63,608 nucleotides of DNA. Origin: Candidatus Sulfotelmatobacter sp. (lineage in GTDB: Bacteria > Patescibacteriota > Microgenomatia > Levybacterales > UBA12049). The translations under genes and the position numbers were made by a program. Positions within the stretch are counted from its first letter, which is position 1. Each line of letters opens with the position of its first letter. The DNA lies in contig DATMOG010000046.1 of NCBI GenBank assembly GCA_035568375.1, positions 1-63,608 of the forward strand. The letters run 5' to 3'. Shown piece by piece: positions 39,312-48,008 of this stretch. Under the pieces are notes generated by a model. It had not been told where the DNA came from. It ran no database searches and saw nothing but the letters and a program-made list of their open reading frames with translations.

Positions 39312-39557
39312 GTGGTTGGCTCCTTTTTTAACGACGCCAAGCAAAAATATATGGGTGATCTCAGAAGAGTATTTCAAAAAACAGATGAAGAATTTAAGAA
39401 ATTAGGAGAGGAAAATGGGTGGTCTTTGGAAGAAATTCGCAGAAGAGCTGAAGAAGCAAAAACTGATAGACATAAACGAATGCAAAGTGAAGCAGAGACT
39501 GTATTAGATGCTGCTGCAGAAAAAGATAAGGTGCGGGCTAAGGACGAAGAATCGTAA
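39312..39557 (+). CDS. Hypothetical charged protein; start uncertain
   Basis: GTG start in the track. The frame is open from about 39178 and would add a TM-like segment (LFTAITVYTAAVVVGSFF), but no canonical start is present there. An internal ATG lies at 39351. Confidence 0.4.
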   Translation: MVGSFFNDAKQKYMGDLRRVFQKTDEEFKKLGEENGWSLEEIRRRAEEAKTDRHKRMQSEAETVLDAAAEKDKVRAKDEES

Positions 39558-39790
39558 TGGGTAATTTTTAAATCGATATGCTACATGATTGCTGTTGGAT
39601 GAAACAATGTACGTAGATAGTACAAGGAGTTTAAGAAACAGGAATTGGGAGGATCACTACTGCAGAAGCAATGGTTACTAGGAACAATAAGGCAATCCAT
39701 CTAATTTTTTTTGTTATTGTCATTGAAAGTTTTGTAAGGGGTAAGTAGCGTGTTAAAGAATTGAAGGACTGTTGCAAATAGTGATAATCA

Positions 39791-40759
39791 TTATGTGTTT
39801 TCAATAATAGTTTCCAATGTTTTTTGAAGCGATGCAACACTATTTTGATTGTACAGGGAACAAGTTAGCACTTTTTTACCTTGTTTCTCAAACATACGGG
39901 CATTTTTTTGTATAGTTTTTTCATCAACAAGGTCAGTTTTGGTAAGAAGAATGATTTCCGGTTTTTCTAAGAGAGATTGATTAAATTGTTTAAATTCATG
40001 ACGGACTGTTTCATATCGTTTCTCTGCATCATTGTCAGTCAGCTCAATACAATGAATAAGGATTTTGGTTTTTTCGATATGTTTGAGAAAGGTAGCACCC
40101 AATCCCCGTCCGCTTGCTGCACCTTCAATAAGACCTGGGATATCCGCGATAGGATGTGTACCTAACATGCCGATGTTGGGTTCTAATGTTGTGAAAGGAT
40201 AATTAGCAATTTTAGGAGTAGCATTGGTGAGAACTGAGAGAAGACTGCTTTTCCCTGCATTTGGCAAGCCGATTAGCCCAATTTCAGCAATCAAACGTAA
40301 CTCAAGGAATAATTTTTTTTCTTGTCCGGACTTTCCATATTCAGCATACATTGGTGTTTGATTCGTTGCTGATTTAAATTCAGCATTACCCCGTCCACCT
40401 TTGCCTCCAGAAGCAATAAGGAGCATTCTTGTGATATCGGTTATTTCATAGATTTTTCCTGAAACGATATCAGTAATGGAAGTCCCGAGTGGGACATAAA
40501 TAGTCAGATGTGGTGCATTTTTACCAAATAGTTTTTGTCTCCCACCTGCTATACCATCTTGAGCAATAATTTTTTTCTTAAAGCGGAATTCTCGCAAATC
40601 AGTAATGTTAGTAGAACCTTGAAAATAGATGTTGCCACCATTGCCGCCATTGCCACCGTCGGGTCCACCTTTAAATGTGAGACCGTTATGAAGAAGTGAT
40701 GATGAACCATTGCCACCATTTCCTGCTTTTACTAAAAGAGTAACATTATCTACGAGCAT
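39791..40759 (-). CDS. obg: GTPase Obg/CgtA (short form, no C-terminal domain)
   Basis: Gly-rich Obg fold (KAGNGGNGSSS, GGPDGGNGGNGG, GGKGGRGN). G1 GLPNAGKSS, G3 DIPG, G4 TKTD. Confidence 0.85.
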   Translation of the reverse strand: MLVDNVTLLVKAGNGGNGSSSLLHNGLTFKGGPDGGNGGNGGNIYFQGSTNITDLREFRFKKKIIAQDGIAGGRQKLFGKNAPHLTIYVPLGTSITDIVSGKIYEITDITRMLLIASGGKGGRGNAEFKSATNQTPMYAEYGKSGQEKKLFLELRLIAEIGLIGLPNAGKSSLLSVLTNATPKIANYPFTTLEPNIGMLGTHPIADIPGLIEGAASGRGLGATFLKHIEKTKILIHCIELTDNDAEKRYETVRHEFKQFNQSLLEKPEIILLTKTDLVDEKTIQKNARMFEKQGKKVLTCSLYNQNSVASLQKTLETIIENT

Positions 40760-40765
40760 GGTCGT

Positions 40766-40774
40766 ATTGTACCA
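40766..40774 (-). promoter_or_regulatory. Extended -10 TGgTACAAT, 6 nt upstream of the obg ATG (leaderless-type)
   Basis: Minus-strand reading: TGGTACAAT-ACGACC-ATG. Confidence 0.45.
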
Positions 40775-41126
40775 TTTTGGAAGTGATACGCATACAAGCC
40801 TCCCCCACTGCGGGCATCGAATCTCTGCTGATCCGCTGAAAAATTATTTCGCCACTACTACTTTTTGTATATCTTACAAGTTATATTTGAAGCAGCAGAG
40901 AACGTGCAAAGTATTCAGTGAATTTTGTTGGTGGTTTTGTTGCAAGAACTGAGCGTTTGCTGTTTATCCTGCTCCTATTGTATATATTATTCCCTATAGC
41001 GGCTTTTTCAGGATTTAATATCGCTGAAGTAATCTTTTTATGGATATTACACTACTTTTGCTCCACAGAGTTATACAGCCGATTATTTATGCCAAAGAAA
41101 AATGTATACAATTTTCTTATGTTAGG

Positions 41127-41882
41127 TTAATTTGGGGAAGAGTATTGCTGTCCACTACCTTGAGAATAATCTTGGAATTTACCAATAGCTGCAACCATAG
41201 CTGCAGTCACTGCTCCTTTTGGGGGTAAATTTGATAGAGCATTCAAAAGGTTTACTATCTGCAAGGGATGTTCTATTTTTCTAGCGATATTGGCTTCACG
41301 CCATCCTTTAGTTGTTCCTTGTTCTGCTCCCATTATATCGGCAACTTTTTTTTCGATAACCTCTGGAGTTACCTCTTCATCTTCTAAAAATGGACTATAT
41401 TCACCAATATCTGCATTTCTGTTAATGATGTCAGTAGCCTTATTCATAAGTTTACTGCTCATAGCACCCACAATACCTGAGATATCAGCATTATCTTTTG
41501 ATGATAGTCTAAAAGTTGGTTCTCCTTCAAGATTTGTATCCATGAGTAAGTTAATTTCAGGGAAATCACGACCACCCGTGTTTCTCGGATCTTCAAATAC
41601 AGCCACGCCCCACTGTCTTTCACTCCTATCATGCGACCCAGATGGTGCTACATCGTATGCTGTAAGCGTGATACCAGGCACATCTGAAGAGTAGATAGAA
41701 TTTACAGCTGCTGATCCTTCCCGCTTGCCACTTGCACCTGAAGTTTGTTTACGCAGTTCAGTATCGAAAGTTATTAAGGCATCAGCTCTTTTTGTAATAA
41801 CTCCTTTAAGTCCACCGACATTAGTTTCATGTCCTCTGTCTGAACCACTCATTGGTGCTCCTTCTGCTACTCCTTCACTCAT
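41127..41882 (-). CDS. Hypothetical protein (orphan, 251 aa)
   Basis: Long ORF with no TM and no motif. TATACT (41889-94) lies 6 nt upstream of the ATG. Confidence 0.6.
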   Translation of the reverse strand: MSEGVAEGAPMSGSDRGHETNVGGLKGVITKRADALITFDTELRKQTSGASGKREGSAAVNSIYSSDVPGITLTAYDVAPSGSHDRSERQWGVAVFEDPRNTGGRDFPEINLLMDTNLEGEPTFRLSSKDNADISGIVGAMSSKLMNKATDIINRNADIGEYSPFLEDEEVTPEVIEKKVADIMGAEQGTTKGWREANIARKIEHPLQIVNLLNALSNLPPKGAVTAAMVAAIGKFQDYSQGSGQQYSSPN

Positions 41883-41888
41883 ACTATG

Positions 41889-41948
41889 AGTATAGAAGAA
41901 GTATCGTTATTTTCGCAAGGTGCTATTTTTGATGAAACCTGTTATAAT
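41889..41948. promoter_or_regulatory. Back-to-back leaderless-type promoters in a 72-bp divergent spacer
   Basis: Minus strand: TATACT(41889-94)-CATAGT-ATG(41882). Plus strand: TGtTATAAT(41940-48)-AGCGTT-ATG(41955). Confidence 0.45.
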
Positions 41949-41954
41949 AGCGTT

Positions 41955-42455
41955 ATGGCATTTGATAGAAGTAATCGATCAGGCGGAGGCAATCGTAGTT
42001 TCGGTAAACCACGATTTAATAATAGCCGTCCAGATTTCAATAATAACCGTCAAGAAATGTTTAGTGCAACATGTGCTAATTGTGGCAAGCAATGTGAAGT
42101 GCCTTTTCGTCCAAACGGCAATAAACCTGTTCTTTGTAGAGAATGTTTCCAAAATAGCAACAGGGATTCTGATTCACGAAGACCTGAGCGAAGAAGCTTT
42201 GATAGACCTGATTTTAGAAATAATGATAATCAGAGTAGAGCAAACGATTATACCGCCCAATTTGAAATGCTTAATGCAAAAATGGATAAAATCTTAGATC
42301 TTTTAAAAAGTCCTGCTGATACTGCTCCCTTAGAGTCAGCGCTTACTGAAGACGTGCTTGAAGAAATTGCAGAAGAGGTTCAAGAAGAAAAAGAAACGAT
42401 AGAGAAAAAGCCTAAAAAAAGAACCGTTTCAAAAAAGACACCAGTCCTCATGTAA
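41955..42455 (+). CDS. CxxC-x17-CxxC zinc-ribbon domain protein
   Basis: CANC-GKQCEVPFRPNGNKPVL-CREC is exactly CxxC-x17-CxxC, with Arg/Asn-rich flanks. I prefer the ATG at 41955 (MAFDRSNRSGGG) over the track start 41886 because of the promoter geometry. Confidence 0.65.
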   Translation: MAFDRSNRSGGGNRSFGKPRFNNSRPDFNNNRQEMFSATCANCGKQCEVPFRPNGNKPVLCRECFQNSNRDSDSRRPERRSFDRPDFRNNDNQSRANDYTAQFEMLNAKMDKILDLLKSPADTAPLESALTEDVLEEIAEEVQEEKETIEKKPKKRTVSKKTPVLM

Positions 42456-42726
42456 TGTCCCCTATTGGTTTTAAGCAGAGATACTTTTTTTCTTTATGAG
42501 AAAGTTTTTTTATTTCATATTCTCTTTGTACCGCAATGCTATGTGATAGATGTTCTTCAAAATAGCTAAGTGTTACTGGACGACGGGTTTTTGTGTAACG
42601 TGCTCCACCACTTACTATTCCATTATGCTGTTTTATGCGTTTTGCTAAATTCCATGTTTTGCCTGTATAGTATGTTCCGTCTGCACAAAGGACAATATAG
42701 GTGAAGTAAACAGGATGAGGCGACAT
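42448..42726 (-). CDS. GIY-YIG nuclease-domain protein (UPF0213-like)
   Basis: YFTYIVLCADGTYYTGKTWNLAKRIKQHN...YEIKKLS. Confidence 0.75.
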   Translation of the reverse strand: MSPHPVYFTYIVLCADGTYYTGKTWNLAKRIKQHNGIVSGGARYTKTRRPVTLSYFEEHLSHSIAVQREYEIKKLSHKEKKYLCLKPIGDIT

Positions 42727-42908
42727 TAGATACAGTGTAGCATAAAAAAGAGTGGGATCGTCTTTTTGAAAAGAGTAGTGAGTTGGTTTAAAAATAATGG
42801 TGCAAGCTCATGACGTATTGATCGTTCGTTTTCTGTCAAAGACTATTTGCGATGACATATGTTTATAGAAAATTTGTAAGAAAATGTTTAATTTAGGAGT
42901 TTTAGGAA

Positions 42909-43577
42909 TTAAGAGAGGATTTTATCAGCGACCTCAGGAACGATACTTAAAAAATATTGTTTTACTTGTTCCCATGTTGTCTCAAAGAAAATTTGTGGTT
43001 CTGGGTCTTGCTCCGCATCTTCAAAGTATGTCAGGCTTTTAATAAAGTGGTGATAGTTATGTGCAAACTTCGGATATTGGTTGTCTACTCTTTTAAGTAC
43101 ATCTAAAAGTGGTTCTCTATTTTTTGTATACCAATATAAATCAAAAAAATCTCTTTTCGTTCCTCGTTGACTAATTGCAATTATTTTCATAACGGCAATA
43201 TCTCGAGCATCTAATACGTTAATATTTTTATCTGAAATAAAAGGTTGTTTGGGAATAAATTGTGGGTATGCAATAAAGCTCACTTTTGCTCCTTCCAAAA
43301 CTCCGTATAAAGTTCCCTTCTCTCTGAGTGAAATTGTGAAGTTATGAGATGAAAGTGAGGAAATAATAGATTCTGTAGCTATTTCTTCTTGAGGAATAAA
43401 AAAATCGAGGTCGACAGAAATTCTATGGTCTACTTGAAGTGTTAAAGCTGTCCCTCCAGCTAAGTACCACCTATGCTTTTTTAACCAACTTTTTTGTGCC
43501 AAGACTTCAAATGCTTTTTGTGTGGCTTTTGGCAAGTGAGAAAATATAAGTTTTATTGGTTCGTTAGTAATGTCCAT
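42909..43577 (-). CDS. AbiEii/AbiGii-family nucleotidyltransferase (type IV toxin-like, DUF1814)
   Basis: WYLAGGTALTLQVDHRISVDLDFF nucleotidyltransferase motif. Size and context fit. Confidence 0.65.
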   Translation of the reverse strand: MDITNEPIKLIFSHLPKATQKAFEVLAQKSWLKKHRWYLAGGTALTLQVDHRISVDLDFFIPQEEIATESIISSLSSHNFTISLREKGTLYGVLEGAKVSFIAYPQFIPKQPFISDKNINVLDARDIAVMKIIAISQRGTKRDFFDLYWYTKNREPLLDVLKRVDNQYPKFAHNYHHFIKSLTYFEDAEQDPEPQIFFETTWEQVKQYFLSIVPEVADKILS

Positions 43578-43786
43578 AGAGTTCGACTACTTGTATGTAA
43601 CTGCTTTGAGTTTTTACTCACCTGTGCAAGTAGCTCTTTTGGATATTGTTGTCTCATCCAACGAACTTCATCGTCATTACCTAAATCCATGATACGCTCA
43701 ATAATATATTGCGCGTTTTTCTTTATATCAAGTTTTTTAGGGTCTGTGTCCCAAAAGAGCGATTGTCTAAATGATATTGTCTGCAT
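43553..43786 (-). CDS. Small upstream partner of the AbiEii-like gene (candidate antitoxin)
   Basis: 77 aa. Overlaps the toxin-like gene by 25 nt in the same orientation. Confidence 0.45.
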   Translation of the reverse strand: MQTISFRQSLFWDTDPKKLDIKKNAQYIIERIMDLGNDDEVRWMRQQYPKELLAQVSKNSKQLHTSSRTLWTLLTNQ

Positions 43787-43999
43787 ATTTGAGCTATTTA
43801 TAGTAATTTTTACTATGCGTTATGCTATGTAACAATTTACGATTATATTATAGCAAGTTTATTTGATGCTTACTATAGCTTAAGGTTTCATTCTCTCCAT
43901 CTTAGCCTCATTTTCGATGAGGTATGTTAATCGGAAAGCGATTATCTCTTCCTAGCTTTTTTTAATGCTGTTCTCTTATCCCTACTGACCTCCTGTCAG

Positions 44000-44029
44000 T
44001 TGCTTTTGTATTATACTGTATATTATACT
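44000..44029 (+). promoter_or_regulatory. Promoter TTGCTT-N18-TATACT, 6 nt upstream of ATG 44036 (leaderless-type)
   Basis: TTGCTT 44000-05, TATACT 44024-29, TTTCCC, then ATG. Confidence 0.45.
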
Positions 44030-44035
44030 TTTCCC

Positions 44036-44980
44036 ATGAGTGAAGAAGGATCGGATACTCCCAAATTAGCAACACTTACACAGAGAGCTACGAAAAATGC
44101 ATTACGTCATGAAGGCGCAGAGATAGTCCGTGGAGTTTTAAAAGTAACAGATGAGCAGTTAGATCAACTTAGAGAAGAAGCAAGAGCTACGGGCGCAACT
44201 ATCGTTGGTCCTGATGATGATGAACACCGAGAAGAAAGCATATCTCAAGTGAGAAAGGAATTAGAAGGCCATGCAGAGATAAAGAAAATCGTTAATTCAA
44301 TTGAAGCTTGCGGATTCTTTGGCAAATTTTCTGAAGGGACCCATATGCAAACTGGTACATTACCAAACCTAATAGTTACTACAGATCTTTACGAGGATCA
44401 TGAAACTTTTTCTACTTCTGAGAAACTACAACCAATTATGCATCAGCAATATAGGTGGATAAGAAGAATATTAGAGGGTACCAAAAGTAGTAGACATTTT
44501 CTTACTGTTCAAGACTCAAATGAAGACGGAAGAAGATTTGCAGATAACAAAAAACTTGTTACTTACTTTTTTCCAGTTGACAATAAGGATCATACGGGGA
44601 GATCTGTAGGTACTATTTTTACTGCTTTTTTCATGCCTGGAGAGAACGCTGATCAGTTATTGGCAATGATTGAAAATAATCCAGATCTTGCAGAAGAGTT
44701 TTTTCAGCAGGCGGCTAAAGGGTTCGAAAGGCCACAAGGTACCGATAACAATCATTCTGGAATTGGACGTATAAAATTAAATCAAATATCTATTGTGCCT
44801 TGGGATGTTATTAAAAAGCCTTCTCCAAATGATCGTGCGATTGTGAGAGGTAATATGCCTTTAGAAGGTGCACGCCCTTCTAATCCAGAAAAAAAGAAAG
44901 TATTTTCCAATATGAGAAAGTATATGAAAACAGTACCATATCAACATGGTCCGTATGGAGTAGCAGAAAATGTCGTTTAG
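44036..44980 (+). CDS. Hypothetical protein (orphan, 314 aa)
   Basis: Long ORF. I prefer the ATG at 44036 (MSEEGSDTPK) over the track's TTG at 44000. No motif assigned. Confidence 0.6.
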   Translation: MSEEGSDTPKLATLTQRATKNALRHEGAEIVRGVLKVTDEQLDQLREEARATGATIVGPDDDEHREESISQVRKELEGHAEIKKIVNSIEACGFFGKFSEGTHMQTGTLPNLIVTTDLYEDHETFSTSEKLQPIMHQQYRWIRRILEGTKSSRHFLTVQDSNEDGRRFADNKKLVTYFFPVDNKDHTGRSVGTIFTAFFMPGENADQLLAMIENNPDLAEEFFQQAAKGFERPQGTDNNHSGIGRIKLNQISIVPWDVIKKPSPNDRAIVRGNMPLEGARPSNPEKKKVFSNMRKYMKTVPYQHGPYGVAENVV

Positions 44981-44987
44981 AATAGCA

Positions 44988-46562
44988 TCAACGAAAGAGT
45001 AAATTTTGATAATAGTTTGGGTCTGCTGGCTGTTCGTTTGGTGCTATTTGTACTTTTTGTACGGTTATTCCGCTGGCAAATGTTTTTGTAAGTAAGATTT
45101 TTCCTGTTGTTCTTACTACGTTTTTCTTCCAAAAGGCATATGCGTTTTCATCATTCGCTGCATGAGGATACATAATAAGGTAGGTTATTGGATGTTTATG
45201 ATTTGAAGAAGGTAGCAAATGCTGTGCATAGCTCTCATACCATAATAAGTAATCCATATTATAGGTGAGTATCCCTGTCGTATACACAAAATATCCATAA
45301 GGTTTATTATGTGCATCTGCTAAAACCCATTGTGCAACAACTACTTGATTTCGATATGAGCCATCACTTGTTGGTTGGTAGGTTTGTTGCGCACCATAGG
45401 TAGTTTGTATCCATGCGAGGGCGGGATAGAGAGTAAGTATGAAAAATATCCCTATGAGTATTCGTAATGGTTTATGTGGCCAGATGGTTCGTATAGATAG
45501 GCAAAGGATAAAAACAGTAAGAGTGGATATTGGGAGAAGGTAGTGTGGCCATAGCGGTAAGGGATAAAAAATATAACTTCCAAAAATGATCAAGGGAGCT
45601 ATCAGAATAAAGAGATATTCTTTATTTTGTAGAGTAATCTTTTTCGTGTGTAGTATGTTCTTACAGAGATAAAAAATGCCTAGAATAATAATGAGTAACA
45701 GGAGTGCTGAGGTTAGCCTATCGGGAGTAAATAATGGTGAAAATAAGCTTATCCATAATTGAGTAATTCTATCAGTAATACGAAAACCAATATTTGCATA
45801 TTCTTCGTATCCTGGTAATGGTTTTACATGGTTAGTAAATAATTTGAGAGCTGATGAGATCATAAGGAAGTGATGCCTGATATCAAAAATAATAAACGTT
45901 GCTATTGCTAAGAGAAAAGCTGCTGCTCCGAGAAGCGTATTTTTACCTGTTGGTAATTTCCATCGTAAGATAATAGCAACTAAGGTTAAGGGGATAAGGA
46001 GAATTGCAAATGCAGATTCAAATTGAAAACCTAAACCAGCAAAAAAAAGAACGAAAATAAAATACTTTTCTTTGCCACGCATAAATTTTATAACAGAATA
46101 AAGATAGAAAAGAAAAATGATTGGAAGTACTTGCGAATTTGTGGTATTAGGCACCGTCTGAATAAGTATCTGAGAAAGTGTGAGAAAGAATGCAAAAAGG
46201 AGGCCCATCCATTTACCATATAATTGTTTGCCAATAAAAAATCCAACAGTGATAATGCCAAGGCTTACCAATTCAAAAAGAGGTACGAGGGTAAAAAATG
46301 GATTTCCTTTTGCAATGATGAAAAATGGGGTAATCAAATAAAACCATAATGCTCCATGAAATAAGCCACCTAGTCCTGTTCTTGCTCCAATAAGTGTAAG
46401 TTTATGATCGATAACGATATTTTGTGTGAGCATCATATCACGAGCTTGATCAAGGAGATAATAAAAGTCACCGTGGAGAAACATTTGTGAACGTAATAAG
46501 AACCCAATGAGTAAAAGTAGGATAAAGAGTACGGGTACTACGAATTTTTTATAGACATGCAT
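44988..46562 (-). CDS. Polytopic membrane protein, GT-C-fold glycosyltransferase-like (ArnT/PMT-like)
   Basis: About 12 TM helices followed by a soluble C-terminal domain, the architecture of GT39/GT83-type enzymes. No sharp motif, so the call is tentative. Confidence 0.5.
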   Translation of the reverse strand: MHVYKKFVVPVLFILLLLIGFLLRSQMFLHGDFYYLLDQARDMMLTQNIVIDHKLTLIGARTGLGGLFHGALWFYLITPFFIIAKGNPFFTLVPLFELVSLGIITVGFFIGKQLYGKWMGLLFAFFLTLSQILIQTVPNTTNSQVLPIIFLFYLYSVIKFMRGKEKYFIFVLFFAGLGFQFESAFAILLIPLTLVAIILRWKLPTGKNTLLGAAAFLLAIATFIIFDIRHHFLMISSALKLFTNHVKPLPGYEEYANIGFRITDRITQLWISLFSPLFTPDRLTSALLLLIIILGIFYLCKNILHTKKITLQNKEYLFILIAPLIIFGSYIFYPLPLWPHYLLPISTLTVFILCLSIRTIWPHKPLRILIGIFFILTLYPALAWIQTTYGAQQTYQPTSDGSYRNQVVVAQWVLADAHNKPYGYFVYTTGILTYNMDYLLWYESYAQHLLPSSNHKHPITYLIMYPHAANDENAYAFWKKNVVRTTGKILLTKTFASGITVQKVQIAPNEQPADPNYYQNLLFR

Positions 46563-46801
46563 GATGTTAAAATTATACCATGTATACGAGTTTTTACTAT
46601 GTGAGAGACGTTTTCATGAAAGTAAGATTTGGTAACAGATGGGAATTAAAAATCGTTCTCGTACTCTCGTAGTCCTCTTTTTTAGAGGAAGTGTAAAGAT
46701 AGCTGCTCCCCTCCCTTTTACTAATAGCAACTTTTTAGGGTTTTAATTATCGTAGGAGTAGTGATTTGATTTTGGGAAATTGGAACAATTGTAGTAGTAA
46801 T

Positions 46802-47149
46802 CTAACTTCTATTATTCCCTTCAGAACTCTTGAAATAGTATCCAACGACAAAACCTAATGAAGTTCCAATTGCGCTGGAAATTGTTGGAATAAAGTCCTT
46901 AAGGTTTATTAAAATATTAGGTTCTAAATGAAAATAGTCAACGATGATATTATTAACTAATACAAGAAAAATACCACCACCTAAAATGCCAAAATATCCC
47001 CATACAAATATTAATGCTAGCGTTGAACGAGTTGTGTCTTCTTGTTTTTTTGGATTATATGGGTCGGTTGTATCTACCTCTTTTTTAGCTTTTTTTAAAG
47101 CCTTTACCACATCTCTTTGTAAATCCTTAATATCTTTTTGAAGCGACAT
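46802..47149 (-). CDS. Hypothetical small membrane protein
   Basis: 115 aa with two TM helices. Follows the 88-aa ORF by 6 nt. Confidence 0.4.
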   Translation of the reverse strand: MSLQKDIKDLQRDVVKALKKAKKEVDTTDPYNPKKQEDTTRSTLALIFVWGYFGILGGGIFLVLVNNIIVDYFHLEPNILINLKDFIPTISSAIGTSLGFVVGYYFKSSEGNNRS

Positions 47150-47155
47150 AGGTTC

Positions 47156-47422
47156 TTATTTATTTCTGAGGGCAGTTTCAGCAAAATTATTATATAAAGT
47201 AAATAATTCAGTAGTTTGTTTAATTAAATTAGCTACTGTACTCAGTATATCTTTTACCTTTTCTTCCAATTGTTGTTTAACTTGTGATTGATCTTTTCCA
47301 CTTAATGTTTCAGCAATATCCGATAATGATTTTGCTTGATCTAGCAGAATTCCTATTGTATCTAAATTACGGTCAAGTGCTTCTTTAATAGCTGCAAATT
47401 GTTTTTTCATTTGGTCTTCCAT
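47156..47422 (-). CDS. Hypothetical coiled-coil protein
   Basis: 88 aa, heptad-like and charged. TATAAA lies 8 nt upstream of the ATG. Confidence 0.45.
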   Translation of the reverse strand: MEDQMKKQFAAIKEALDRNLDTIGILLDQAKSLSDIAETLSGKDQSQVKQQLEEKVKDILSTVANLIKQTTELFTLYNNFAETALRNK

Positions 47423-47560
47423 ATAAGGCTTTTATAGCAAGCGAGGCTATTTTAGTCAATAAGCAATTTAGGCATATATCCCCACACCACGTAAATAGTC
47501 ACGACTCCAATAAATAGGAATTTTCTTGACATTTTTATCCAATAAGAATAAAATTTTAGA

Positions 47561-47682
47561 GTTATGAGCTTTGGTCAATTTTAATGACTAATCACTCGTA
47601 TCAAACAAAGAAAAAAACGGATAATCTACGCAACGACGTACGACCCAACACTATTATGAGTGTGGGTGGTGCGTCTTTTTTT
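47561..47682 (+). ncRNA. Candidate approx 120-nt small RNA defined by a consensus promoter and a strong intrinsic terminator
   Basis: TTGACA (47526-31) -N17- TAAAAT (47549-54). About 17-bp hairpin 47635-47675 (GACGUACGACCCAACACU / AGUGUGGGUGGUGCGUC) followed by T7 (47676-82). The only ORF (37 codons from 47584) reads through the terminator. Confidence 0.4.
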
Positions 47683-47795
47683 ATGGTTGAAAAATAAAAG
47701 CATGTGAAAGTATAAAGTGTATAAGATTATGGTTTTACACATATACAATTAAAGTAGACAAGGTATAAAAAATGTTGAAAAGATTATGAAGACTT

Positions 47796-47826
47796 AAAAC
47801 GAAAAAAGTCGGCTCGTGACCGACTT
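47796..47826 (-). terminator. Orphan minus-strand intrinsic terminator
   Basis: Minus-strand reading: AAGTCGG-TCACGAG-CCGACTT followed by TTTTCGTTTT. There is no annotated minus-strand gene upstream of it. Confidence 0.4.
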
Positions 47827-48004
47827 AAATCATATGAATAGTAAATTCAATATCTATCTTAACATAGTTAATTTGGTCATGCAAATGAAAGAAATGTCCG
47901 TAAAAGAACGTATCGGTATCGGATTAACACTTTTTGGGTGGGTTAGTGCTGTTACTTGGGCAATTGCGATACCAACTATAATTATCATTCATATGGTAAA
48001 ATGA
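47816..48004 (+). CDS. Candidate small hydrophobic peptide (likely starts at an internal ATG, 47879-47894)
   Basis: C-terminal TM IGIGLTLFGWVSAVTWAIAIPTIIIIHMV. The GTG start in the track lies inside the terminator hairpin. Confidence 0.25.
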   Translation: MTDLNHMNSKFNIYLNIVNLVMQMKEMSVKERIGIGLTLFGWVSAVTWAIAIPTIIIIHMVK

Positions 48005-48008
48005 GAGC

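Noticed and set aside
40710-41130. Track ORFs 40710-40952 and 40918-41130 in the obg upstream spacer; the latter is hydrophobic (two TM-like stretches).
   Set aside because: They have GTG or weak starts, no SD or -10 geometry, and overlap the obg promoter and the convergent gene end. There is no supporting motif. I left them unannotated, though 40918-41130 could be a real small membrane protein.
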